Positions 1 to 10,619 of a stretch of DNA of 38,935 nt are shown in pieces. Each line of letters opens with the position of its first letter. Position 1 is the first letter of the stretch. This DNA is from Octopus bimaculoides (lineage: Eukaryota). Both the position numbers and the translations under genes were made by a program. A model generated the notes under the pieces. The model saw only the letters and a list, made by a program, of their open reading frames with translations, did not search any database and was not told the DNA's origin. The DNA is taken from contig NC_069000.1 in assembly GCF_001194135.2 (NCBI RefSeq), positions 34,513,606-34,552,540 of the forward strand, read 5' to 3'.

Positions 1-54
1 CGTGACAATGACGTGGACAAGGGGACAACACAATACAAACGGTGATAGGTGGGG

Positions 55-400
55 AATGAATCCCAACCACTTGGTTTCGCGTTCAGTTCCCTGAACAAGT
101 ATCTTCTACTATAGCCCCGTGAGCAGATCTGGTAGATGGAAACTGTGCGGAAGCCCGTCACATACATATGTGTGTGTGTGTGTGTGTTTGTCAATCCCAC
201 TTCCCACCACTTGACAGCTGATGTTGGTTTATTTACGTCCCTGTAGCTTAGCAGTTCGGACCCAAGAGACCGATAGAATTCGCACCAAGGTTAAAAATAG
301 AAAAATACAAGTACTAGAGTCGATTTATTCGACTGAAAAACCTCTTAAGGCGGTGCTGTAGCATGGCCGCAATCTGATGATGGAACAAATAAAAGAAAAA
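55..400 (+). mobile_element. SINE family A (tRNA-derived head, internal TA/TG microsatellite, 3' module ending TGACTGAAACAAGTAAAAGA), diverged copy
   Basis: Shares blocks tcttctactatagcc, tggtagatggaaactg, gaccgatagaa, gtcgatttattcgact and ggcggtgctgtagcatggccgc with more than 10 other copies in the window; CpGs retained despite divergence. Confidence 0.85.
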
Positions 401-560
401 GTATTTCTTTACCTAATTCTTCGCTTTGTGGTGGAGGATATTTTTAAGTGGGGATTTTCCCACTGAAATTTCGTATTTCTGTGGATATTTCACTGTTTCC
501 GTTTGTTCTTTAAGTGTAAAACGGACGTCATGCATCTATTATTCTCCGTATCAGTGTAGC

Positions 561-668
561 AGGGTTTTACAAAAAGTACTGGGTTCAATTCGTTTGACTA
601 AAATTCTTCAATGCAATGCTCCAGCATGGCTGTAGTTTAATGACTGAAACAAGTAAACGATGAAAAGT
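561..668 (+). mobile_element. SINE family A, 3' fragment
   Basis: gctccagcatggctgtagtttaatgactgaaacaagtaaa matches the family A 3' end. Confidence 0.75.
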
Positions 669-714
669 AAAAAATAGAATGAAACATAACTAAAAGCAAG
701 ATGGAAAATAAAGT

Positions 715-1094
715 TTATTTTTGTACACTTCCACTTTGTTTATATTCGAACAGTCTTCTGCCATTTTTAATCACCAAGTCTTTGATAAGATCCTCATTAT
801 GACATCATGAACACTTCAAAATTATATTTCCGATCATATAAACCACTTCGAATGTTGTTTTAGGAAGCTTAAAGTGATTTATTTTGTGCCGTAAACCATT
901 TATCATTTCTGTGGTGCCCTCCCCCACCTCTTCATACCGTAAGCACTTATTTTGTTTGATGGTTAAACCATCGCTGTCAAAATCCATCTCTTCTACAAAA
1001 TGAGAAGGCCCTGAAGATAACGGATTTGAAGTTGACAACCAATTGATCCGTACTTTACTGCATGATGTTGTCAAATGCTTTTGTTGTTGAATTC
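715..1094 (-). other. Unassigned reading frame (ORF-track 805..1140 plus 29 more codons after an in-frame TGA); degraded retroelement fragment or a host exon
   Basis: Acceptor-like tttatgtttctttttcgggtag precedes 1094 on the minus strand; frame is open to TGA at 805-807 and then to TAA at 715-717. Only weak RT-like words (KAFD in another frame, PLS, LRY, GL.KIN). No family recognised. Confidence 0.25.
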
Positions 1095-1149
1095 TACCCG
1101 AAAAAGAAACATAAAACGACCAATATACGATTTTAGACAATTAAAATTA

Positions 1150-2290
1150 AATCGATCAGCGAAACAGTAAAGAAGGGAGTTCCACAAGACAGATATTTTG
1201 AGGAAAGAAACTACTAGAATTAGACATTTAAAATTTCCTTTAAAATAGGGGACAACGCCGGCAAAAGGACGTGAACTATCAGAAAAACGAGTCAAGATAA
1301 AAAAGAAAAAAAACAAGATTTAGCAGAAAAACGATCGTGGAAGGTTTTGTAGAATATAAATAAAGGAGCAATGTTCCTGGTGATGAGTGAAGTGGGTTGA
1401 AGTTTAACTGCCAAAACGGAACCAATAAAATTAGAAACTCGGGTTTTTTAAAAAATATTATTATTCAATCACTTGACCAAGAAGAGAAAGAATGCAAGCA
1501 GAAGAGAAACCCGGATGTAACAACAGTATTCTGCTCAAGGATGAATAAGATAAAAAAATATATTCGGAGAAAAGATGACGATGGGATGTTGTTGGGAATT
1601 CACAATCGATTTAGTAAGAAATCTAAAACCATTCCATGTAAAATCAGCATTCTATAAAATATACAGCTTTACTTATGGTATCCACTACTGTCTTTTCTGC
1701 CCTTTGTTCATAGATATTGTTCATTTTTATACATACATACATACATACGCATGTATATGTGTGTGTGTGTGTATCTTTTTACTATACCTGTGTATCTAGC
1801 TTTATTGTGCAGGGGAATGTATAGTAAATGCACAAACGAAAAATGAATTTTAAAAAAACGTAATGAATGCGCAGACGAACGGGAAAACGTATTCTGAGTG
1901 CACAAACAGACGGAAGACGGACACAGAAAGGCCCCCAATTCTTCATCGGTTATCAACCAGATAGTATTACTCAGTTTCGCACCATTAATGATAAGACTGA
2001 GATGATACTTCCCATGCTGGCGGTGCCCGCGAAAGTTGCGGAGAATATTGGACTGAGAACAAGTAACACATGGATAACAGGCAATACAGAAGTAGACATA
2101 CGAAAGTGAATAAATGTAATTCAAAACGATGGACGAAGGACAAAGACAAAATAAATCAGAAACAAACAGAATACAGCCTCAGGGCCAAAAAAAAACGAAT
2201 GGTTGGTAACGCTTAGAGGGCAATCCTAAATTATTAGAAAGGTATCAAATAGCCAGACGGGTACCAGTGGGGACTAGAGAATTTATGAGC
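1150..2290 (+). mobile_element. Highly degraded non-LTR retrotransposon (RTE-like) RT and C-terminal remnant
   Basis: A-rich sense strand with scattered motifs in RT order across frames: KKGVPQ (about 1168-1186), GLKFN (about 1394), TW...E (about 2070), RMVGNA/RR.P.G.R-like (about 2195-2280). Many stops; interrupted by a microsatellite at about 1727-1775. Confidence 0.35.
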
Positions 2291-2928
2291 GATCGGTTAC
2301 GCGACCGGTGTGAAAAAGTGTATGTGTGTAGTTCGAAATTGTACTAAAAGCAGACGACAGAAACAGAGACAAGTGAGGGAACAACAAACAATGTGTATTA
2401 GTTTGATGCTCAGGAAAAATGGAAGTCTTCGACGTTTCGAACCTATGATCTTATACAGAAAACAATAAGGAAAGAAAACAATGGAGAGATACATACACAT
2501 GTATGTATTATGATTTCGTTTAGGCATGGCGAAACTAAGAACTATTATTTTTTACTTTCGAGAAAACCATCAAGAGAGCACATAGCGTAATTTCACTTAA
2601 CGAATGACAAAAGAACATTCGTTTGCTTACAGCAGTTTCTGCTATAAGAAACTTTTGACATCATAGCTTCCACAGAGCCACTTAAATGACGTTTATGTTT
2701 TCTGCGGAAAACTTTTGGATCTTTTTTGTTAGGCTGCCAATTTTCAATCTCTTCAATTTTTTATTCGAATTGATTTCATATTCGGTGTAATGATATGCTT
2801 TTATATGCTAATCAATGCCAAGAAAATCGTTTTCGCCATAAATCAATAAATAAAGAGTTACTAGCTATTAAAGTTTGAAAATTTGGGGTAATTTTAGCCA
2901 AACGTAAGCCACAGACGCATTTATACCT

Positions 2929-2942
2929 GTTGCCATAGTAAC
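2929..2942 (+). promoter_or_regulatory. RFX X-box motif inside the Merlin 5' region
   Basis: GTTGCCATAGTAAC fits the 14-bp X-box consensus; CACGTG E-box at 2979-2984; about 110 bp upstream of the transposase frame. Function not demonstrated. Confidence 0.4.
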
Positions 2943-3051
2943 AAGCTAAACATGAGAACACTTTTGTCTGCGAGGAAGCACGTGTTGTTTAATATGTTTT
3001 AGCCATTGAGATGGTTGTCATATGTGCTAAAAAATAAAAGCAGCCTAATAG

Positions 3052-3379
3052 GTCTTAAATCACGCAGCAGAGGAAGATGCGGTTTCGTACTTGCAAGAAA
3101 AGTGTTTTATACCCAAAAGAAAATTATGCAAAACGAAGAAGCATTTTATGAGTACAAGAAAACGTGATAGGAATATGCATTGGCGATGCACACATCAAGG
3201 ATGCATGGAGTCTATGTCGGTGAGGAAAGGCACATGATTCGAAGGTAGCAACCCTTCCTCTTTGGACCGGGGCGCTTTTCCTTTACTCATGGGTTAAGGA
3301 ATTGACTTCAGTCCGGTTTAATGTTGAAGGATTGAATGAGCCATTAAACAGCTGTTGATTATAACAGCTATGTTAGGGA
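3052..3379 (+). pseudogene. Merlin (IS1595/ISXO2-like) transposase, N-terminal zinc-finger region, with stop codon and frameshifts
   Basis: EEDAVSYLQEKCFIPKRKLCKTKKHFM...WRCTHQGCMESMSVRKGT*FEGSN, then frameshifted LPLWTGALFLYSWVKELTSVRF and MSH*TAVDYNSYVR. This matches the C..H..WRC..C..SIRKGTWFEGS / VDW.NY.REVC pattern. DDE core falls in gap 3380-3871; NDSFQILFPDW after the gap resembles the C-terminus. Confidence 0.85.
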
Positions 3380-4146
3380 NNNNNNNNNNNNNNNNNNNNN
3401 NNNNNNNNNNNNNNNNNNNNNNNNNNNNNNNNNNNNNNNNNNNNNNNNNNNNNNNNNNNNNNNNNNNNNNNNNNNNNNNNNNNNNNNNNNNNNNNNNNNN
3501 NNNNNNNNNNNNNNNNNNNNNNNNNNNNNNNNNNNNNNNNNNNNNNNNNNNNNNNNNNNNNNNNNNNNNNNNNNNNNNNNNNNNNNNNNNNNNNNNNNNN
3601 NNNNNNNNNNNNNNNNNNNNNNNNNNNNNNNNNNNNNNNNNNNNNNNNNNNNNNNNNNNNNNNNNNNNNNNNNNNNNNNNNNNNNNNNNNNNNNNNNNNN
3701 NNNNNNNNNNNNNNNNNNNNNNNNNNNNNNNNNNNNNNNNNNNNNNNNNNNNNNNNNNNNNNNNNNNNNNNNNNNNNNNNNNNNNNNNNNNNNNNNNNNN
3801 NNNNNNNNNNNNNNNNNNNNNNNNNNNNNNNNNNNNNNNNNNNNNNNNNNNNNNNNNNNNNNNNNNNNNNNATATGCAGTCACGCACAAAATGACAGCTT
3901 CCAAATCCTGTTTCCTGACTGGGTGAAGATGATCAAACTTTAAACCTCTATAACTTTTTTTTTTTTTTTCTGGAAAAAGTGAAATAACTCCAGCAATTCA
4001 GCTTGGAAAACTACATTAATGTACCAAATTTTAAAATTTTCAACAAACTTTCAGTTTTGAAATTTTGGCAGCCAAACAGAAAAGATCCAAACTTTTAAAT
4101 ACAGAGTTGATTACATGTACATCCATATATATATATATATATATAT

Positions 4147-4478
4147 GCGTAGGCGTGGCTATGTGGTTTGCTTCCCAACCACATGGTTCCGGGTTCAGTC
4201 TTTTGACCAAAGCCTTGTGAGTGGATTAGGTAGACGGAAACTGAAAGAAGCCCATATATATATATATATGTGTGTATTTATGCGTGTCTGTGTTCCCCAC
4301 CACCACCGCTTGTCCCCGTAAACTAGCGGTTCGGCAAAAGAGCGATAGAATAAGTATTAGGCTTGGAAAAGAATAAGTCCTGGAGCAGATTTCTTCGACT
4401 TAAAAAAAGACCCCTTTAATGTGGTGCTCCAGCATGGCCGCAGTCAAATGACTGAAACAAGGTAAAAAGAGTAAAAGA
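4147..4478 (+). mobile_element. SINE family A, internally deleted copy
   Basis: Head gcgtaggcgtggctatgtgg...gggttcagtc (A/B-box-like), (TA)n centre, tail cagcatggccgcagtcaaatgactgaaacaag. Confidence 0.9.
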
Positions 4479-4772
4479 ATATGTATTTGGATATATGTGT
4501 AATCTTGTCAGAGTTCGTTATAAGATTTCTCGTACGCGTTTATAATGTGTGTGTATCTCTTTCTCTGCGTTTTCGCTCACTGTTTGTTACTTTCACACAC
4601 ACAAACACACATATACACAAACATGTAGTTTATGTATAAATAAATAAATGAAATAAATAAATAAGAGAGATAAGTTTATCCTCGTGTGTATGCCAGTTCC
4701 TTTCGTTCGTAAGTGTTGTGTTCAATGTCCCAGTCTTGAACAGATTGCGACTAGTTTAGTTTATAATTAGCA

Positions 4773-4881
4773 ATGAGTGCGAGTGTGTGTGTGTATATAT
4801 ATGTGTGTGTGTGTGCGCGCGCGTGTATTTTGTGTGGTGTACGTAATCTAGGAAGATGTACGTGTGACGAAAGAACAGCAT

Positions 4882-4934
<53 letters not shown>

Positions 4935-5055
4935 TATATACATACATGTATATATGTATGTATGTATATGTATGTATTTATGTGTGAATGTACAGTCAAT
5001 GTGTGAGCGTTTGGCGTGCTGTTTAGTGTCTGTGTACGTTTGTAGATGTGTGTGA
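4773..5055. repeat. Compound (TG)n/(CG)n/(TA)n microsatellite region
   Basis: Direct reading; explains ORF-track entries 4751..5055. Confidence 0.95.
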
Positions 5056-5084
5056 AATTTTGCTGGCTCGGGAGACTTCTTTCT

Positions 5085-5240
5085 AAGCTGCAGCCAAAAA
5101 TAGCCTGTTTGTAAAAGAGGAGAGAGTCAGTTGTTGTTATTGTTGTTGTTGTTGTTGTTCTCTACGTATATTTATTATCCAGCATGAGTAAGCACATGGT
5201 ACTGCAGCTAAAACATGGTTAGCCAAAAATGGTTAGTATA
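5085..5240. promoter_or_regulatory. Putative enhancer/promoter with clustered MADS-box (SRF/MEF2-like) sites
   Basis: Perfect CArG CCAAAAATGG at 5223-5232, CCAAAAATAG at 5094-5103, CTAAAACATGG at 5208-5218, E-box CACATG at 5193-5198, in non-repetitive CpG-retaining DNA. Confidence 0.35.
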
Positions 5241-6882
5241 CACACGCCACCAAGCAATCGACAACACGCTGCTCGCTTCTTATTTACAAATTGATAAACC
5301 TAGTGCATTTTAGAAAGAAAGAAAGAATAAAAGAAAGACAAAAAGAAAATACAAACAAACGTTATTATTATCATTATTATTACTATTACTTGTACTACTG
5401 TTACTCTCAGAGAACAGGAGGAAAAGTTTTTTGTTTTTTCCTTTCTCTCCTTACTTCACTCATAAAGGTTGCCGAACTGTGATTAGCTTTTAATTAAGTG
5501 GCAAGTTGGGGGCTTCCAAAACAAAAGGAAAAGAAAAAAGAAGGGAAAAGAAATGAAATAATCTTCTAATTAACGACTGCACTAATTAGATTAAATAACA
5601 TTGATAAGAAGAAGTCAAACAAAAGGGAATAACTTACAAGGTAGAGTAAAAAAATAACGTTTATTTATATTTATTTTTTTCTTTAAAGTGTGTTCCAATA
5701 TCCTCTGTGTGTGTGTGTGATTTTACGAGGTTTATTTGACTTTGAAACTAGAGTATATGTGAAAACGTGTGTGTGTATTGTGTCCGTGTGCGCTTTTGTT
5801 TTTACTAGACTCTTTTTTATTTANNNNNNNNNNNNNNNNNNNNNNNNNNNNNNNNNNNNNNNNNNNNNNNNNNNNNNNNNNNNNNNNNNNNNNNNNNNNN
5901 NNNNNNNNNNNNNNNNNNNNNNNNNNNNNNNNNNNNNNNNNNNNNNNNNNNNNNNNNNNNNNNNNNNNNNNNNNNNNNNNNNNNNNNNNNNNNNNNNNNN
6001 NNNNNNNNNNNNNNNNNNNNNNNNNNNNNNNNNNNNNNNNNNNNNNNNNNNNNNNNNNNNNNNNNNNNNNNNNNNNNNNNNNNNNNNNNNNNNNNNNNNN
6101 NNNNNNNNNNNNNNNNNNNNNNNNNNNNNNNNNNNNNNNNNNNNNNNNNNNNNNNNNNNNNNNNNNNNNNNNNNNNNNNNNNNNNNNNNNNNNNNNNNNN
6201 NNNNNNNNNNNNNNNNNNNNNNNNNNNNNNNNNNNNNNNNNNNNNNNNNNNNNNNNNNNNNNNNNNNNNNNNNNNNNNNNNNNNNNNNNNNNNNNNNNNN
6301 NNNNNNNNNNNNNNNNNNNNNNNNNNNNNNNNNNNNNNNNNNNNNNNNNNNNNNNNNNNNNNNNNNNNNNNNNNNNNNNNNNNNNNNNNNNNNNNNNNNN
6401 NNNNNNNNNNNNNNNNNNNNNNNNNNNNNNNNNNNNNNNNNNNNNNNNNNNNNNNNNNNNNNNNNNNNNNNNNNNNNNNNNNNNNNNNNNNNNNNNNNNN
6501 NNNNNNNNNNNNNNNNNNNNNNNNNNNNNNNNNNNNNNNNNNNNNNNNNNNNNNNNNNNNNNNNNNNNNNNNNNNNNNNNNNNNNNNNNNNNNNNNNNNN
6601 NNNNNNNNNNNNNNNNNNNNNNNNNNNNNNNNNNNNNNNNNNNNNNNNNNNNNNNNNNNNNNNNNNNNNNNNNNNNNNNNNNNNNNNNNNNNNNNNNNNN
6701 NNNNNNNNNNNNNNNNNNNNNNNNNNNNCTGCATGGCTATTCACATCTAGTATGGAAAAAGAAGAAAAGGCTTTTCCCAAATGAATTCTTAGTAATTATA
6801 ATTTGAATGACAGCCCATAAAAATTGAAGGAAAATATAATGACATGTTAAAAAGGCTCATGAAAAGAAAAAAAAAGGATATA

Positions 6883-7048
6883 TGCAGGAGTGGCTGTGTG
6901 GTAAGAAGTTTGCTTCCCGACCACATGGTTCTGGGTTCAGTCTCACTGTGTGGCACCTTGGGCAAGTGTCTTCTACTACTGTCCCAGGCTGACCAAGTCC
7001 TTGTGAGTGAATTTGGTGGAGAGAAACTGAAAGAAGCTTGTGTATGTA

Positions 7049-7102
<54 letters not shown>

Positions 7103-7361
7103 TACACACGCACACATATGTGTGTGTGTGTATATATCTTTGTGTCAGTGTTTGTCTGCCACCACTGTTTGACAACCTGTGTTGGTGTGTTTATTCCCCA
7201 TAACTTAGTAGTTCACCAAAAGTAAACTGTTAGAATAAGTATCAGGCTTAACATTTTTTTTTAAAAAGTCTTGGGGGGTTGATTCATTTGACTAAAAATT
7301 ATTCCAAGTGGTGCCCCAGCCTGGTCGCTGTCTAATGACTGAAGCAAGTCAAAGATAAAAG
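6883..7361 (+). mobile_element. SINE family A, full length, CpG-decayed
   Basis: Head gcaggagtggctgtgtggtaagaag...gggttcagtc, accttgggcaagtgtcttctact, (TA)n centre, 3' module. Confidence 0.9.
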
Positions 7362-7569
7362 TTACCTTGTGTGATAACAAAGAAGCGCTGAAGAATGGGG
7401 AAACACATGAACCTTTTTAGGGGATGTTATTCTTTTTCCCCACTAACACCCACCAAATGCGTATTTGAGGCCTGAATATTTTTGTAAGAAACATGTATTA
7501 TAGTCACTTAGTTTACATTAATACACTATGGTAAAACATGACTGCTAGAACTTTCTTGTGTTTTTGTTC

Positions 7570-7905
7570 ATCACAATCTATCCATAGCTGTCTAGTTGGG
7601 TGATTTGCCTGGATCAATGTAACTCTTCCACCTCAGATGTCCCAGTCTTCTTAGCAGTCTTCATATCTTCAACTTGTTATCCAGTGTCTTCCACAAGCTA
7701 CTTAATATATGCTCTTTTTGTTCTACTGATACCTGTATGCCCATGCATAGGTTTCCAGAAAAGGAGATTGCTGGATATTTCATCCTTGCTTCACCAGCAG
7801 TGTCCCATATAACTAATGTTTTCTTCTTTCTCTGATTGTCGAGGAGATGGTAATCCAACTGCCATACAACCACTGCTTTGTTGGGTGTTGCTGTCTACTG
7901 TGAAG
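7570..7905 (-). mobile_element. RTE-clade LINE, 3' coding remnant
   Basis: Frameshifted translation RQQHPTKQWLYG..ISSTIRERR / YMGHCW*SKDEISSNLLFWKPMHGH...RTKRAYIK*LVEDTG*QVEDMKTA matches the RTE C-terminal pattern (LYG..P.IS.TIRERR...GHCWRS..L.W.P.HG....GRP...Y...L..DTG). Confidence 0.8.
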
Positions 7906-8007
7906 CAAGAAGATAAATGTGTAACAGTGTAACACGATTTTTGTCCTTGCATTGCAGCTGTTATTTCTTATTTGCTTATCCCTAGAAAGTATGAGAAATG
8001 GCTAATA

Positions 8008-8200
8008 TCTCCTTCAAACTTTGCTTTTGTTACAATATTTATTCAAACCCCAAAGAATCCCTCTCAACACATGGTTATGATGCTCCCCCACTACTCCTGC
8101 TCATGATCACAGACGCACATAGTGTCAGCCACTAAGGACATACTCAAGTGGTTATGGTCAAGCAAATCTGTGGTATTGAGTAGAATATTTGCCATGACAA
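8008..8200. repeat. Probable interspersed repeat, family not assigned
   Basis: Recognised from memory as a common octopus repeat; single copy in this window, so not verifiable here. Confidence 0.35.
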
Positions 8201-8799
8201 TATTTCTGCTTCAGCAATTCAGCCCTGAATTTGTTTGAAATGTAATGGAAAATAGGCCAGTTTCAAAACATTGATGTCCAGTCACAAAAGCAAAGTTTGA
8301 AAAGAACCATTTCCTTTGATTTCTAGATAGAGGCAAATAGGAAATAACACTTACTGACCAAAGACAAAAAAAAAATAAATCAAAATTTGTTACACAGTGT
8401 TATTTAAAGGATTATTGTAACCAGAAGAGATTATTAAAACTACCAGCTGAATCAAAGTAATCAATTCACCATATTTACTGGTATATAATTTGTAGGGGTG
8501 TCAATGACTCTTGCTACAACATAACCTTTACCTAATTCAGTGTTAGTTCTTGGTACAAATTGTTTTAGCTTTGCCCCATGTATATGTTGCATTTCAGTTT
8601 TACCAGTTAAAATCAAGTATAAACTAGTATGACCTTAACACAAGTAAATATATAGTTTAAATTCTTCATTCCATTTGCTATTCAAATGACTCTCAGAAAA
8701 GTATCAACACCATAACATCAAGTTCCTACTATGCAGTTATATGTCTGTCACAAAAGGCAAAAGAAAAGTGTATCTGAAATAATTTCCTACACTGTACCT

Positions 8800-8975
8800 T
8801 TCTGATGAGGACAGAATAATACTGGAACATGTCTTGAGTTGTCTCCAAACTGCCTGTAAAAGTGAGAGCAATATCAGTCATTCACTGATATCATTTCTTA
8901 TTATTACTGTTTATAAGTTTCAGTCACTGATGAAGACAATAATACTGGAATATTCCAGAGTTGTTTCCAAACTTC
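8800..8975 (+). repeat. Two direct copies of a decayed hammerhead-like / Penelope pLTR-like motif
   Basis: ctgatgaggacagaataatactggaacatgtcttgagttgtctccaaac (about 8802) and ctgatgaagacaataatactggaatattccagagttgtttccaaac (about 8927). Confidence 0.5.
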
Positions 8976-9570
8976 CAAAAAAAAAAATAATAATAATAGT
9001 TTCTTGTTTATTATTTTAATGTCCTCATCATTAAATATGTTAACAATATTCCTATTACTACAGCCAACATTACTTAACATGAAGGGCTGCCACACATTCT
9101 TGTCAGCTTTGTTTAATTTTGCTTCTTTGTGGTTTATACTACTGGCACTGTAAGTCCACAAAGGGTTTGTTGGTCGTATATAGCTTTTGTGATGAAGTCA
9201 CTGCAGATGTTATTTATGATGTCTCACTGTTAACTTCATCATTGACAGCCATGCTGTCTGTGACATTTTTATATCTTGGTCAACCATCTGAGGTTGTTGT
9301 GATGATGATGATGATGATCAACATCATAGTTATAACATCCACTTTTTGATGCTCGCCTAGATTGAATAGAATTTGTTCAAGTGGACTTGCTATAGCTGAC
9401 TGACCTTCCTACCATCAACCTTCCAAGTAATACCATATTTGAAGTAAGGTTATATTTCTCCATGACCAGATGCTTTCACAGAATGTTGGAAGCATAACAA
9501 TGAGACCTTTTTACCATTATCATGCAGTGTCAAAGCATGGAGATAGCACATACACACACACACACATGAT

Positions 9571-9678
9571 TGGCTTCTTTCATTTTCTATTCACCAAATC
9601 CAATCACAAGGCTTCGGTGAGCCCAGAACTATAGCAGGAGACACTTGCCCAAGATGCTATGGAGTGGGATTGAACCCA
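9571..9678 (-). mobile_element. SINE family A, 5' half
   Basis: Reverse complement of family A head blocks (gacacttgcccaag, accaaatccaatcacaagg). Confidence 0.8.
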
Positions 9679-9707
9679 GTCATACCTGCACCAGGGATAT
9701 CATATTT

Positions 9708-9913
9708 GTTTCAAATTTTGGCACAAGGCCAGCAATTTTAGAAGGGGTGGGTTGATAAATTGATCACATTAACCCTAGTGCTCAGCTACTACTTATATTA
9801 TATTGACCCCAAAACGGTAAAAGGCTAAGTCAACCTTTGCAGAATTTGAACTCAGAATGTAAATACAGACAGAATGCTGTTAAGCATTTGCCTTGCAATG
9901 CTAACAACTCTGT
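9708..9913 (-). mobile_element. SINE family B (tRNA-derived, central tttgcctttcatcctttcggggtcgataaaataagtaccag domain, (ATT)n tail)
   Basis: tttcaaattttggcacaaggcc...aaggctaagtcaacc...gaatttgaactcagaa matches more than 20 copies in the window. Confidence 0.85.
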
Positions 9914-10109
9914 GTCTTTCCAGGGATATCATAGTAACACAAAAATACAAATTAAGTTGGACAGAAGAACCAAGCTTGACTAATTTCTTAACCATGGAGA
10001 AATACAAGTCACTTACTTTAATATCCAACTTTCACTTGATATTAACAGGTTGCATTGAATTTCACACAACAATTTATTATATATTTATTACATTATTTTT
10101 TTTTAATTA

Positions 10110-10510
10110 ATACCCAGGCATGGTTGTATGATGGTTAAGAAGCTTGTTTTGTAACTGACTGGTTTCGGGGTCAGTCCCTCTGAGAGGCACTTTGGACAAG
10201 TGTCTTCTACTCTGGTCCCTAGTCAACCAGTGCCTTGTGAGGGAATTTATGAATTTGGTTAACAAACTGTGAGGAAACATGTCATTTTGTATATGTGTGT
10301 GTGTGTGTGTGTTTTGTGCTAGTCTCACCATTGCTTAACTACCATTGTTGGTTTGTTTCTGTCCTTGTAGCTTTGTGGTTCAGCAAAAAAGACTGATAGA
10401 GTAAGTGCCATACTTCAAAAAAGTACAGGGGTTGATTTGCTTGACTATATCATTCAAAGTTATACTCTAGCATGGACATAGTCCAAAATGTCTGAAACAT
10501 GTAAAAGATA
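10110..10510 (+). mobile_element. SINE family A, full length, CpG-decayed
   Basis: Head ggcatggttgtatgatggttaagaag...gggtcagtccc; tail tctgaaacatgtaaaagata. Confidence 0.85.
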
Positions 10511-10529
10511 TATATATATATAATGTATG

Positions 10530-10560
<31 letters not shown>

Positions 10561-10619
10561 TTGCTAACTGCATACTATAAAATAACATTTTTCAACTTAT
10601 CGAACTTCGATATGAGAAA

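Larger units (their letters stand above)
2717..4088 (+). mobile_element. Merlin superfamily DNA transposon, complete ends, inactivated
   Basis: Left end ggatcttttttgttaggctgccaa versus right-end reverse complement ggatcttttctgtttggctgccaa (22/24 identical), weaker similarity continuing about 150 bp inward; identical 8-bp flanks AAACTTTT at 2709-2716 and 4089-4096. GG termini and 8-9 bp TSDs are the Merlin signature. Confidence 0.9.

Noticed and set aside
2717-4088. Bacterial IS1595 contamination or recent prokaryote-to-animal transfer
   Set aside because: Embedded seamlessly among animal SINEs with a TSD and accumulated stops; eukaryotic Merlin elements are an established superfamily.
7661-7873. 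ORF containing TLVIWDTAGEAR, resembling the Rab/Ras G3 box (IWDTAGQER)
   Set aside because: No G1 (GxxxxGKS/T) or G4 (NKxD) motif nearby; the other two frames of the same strand give a much longer match to an RTE LINE C-terminus, so the motif is a coincidental alternative frame.
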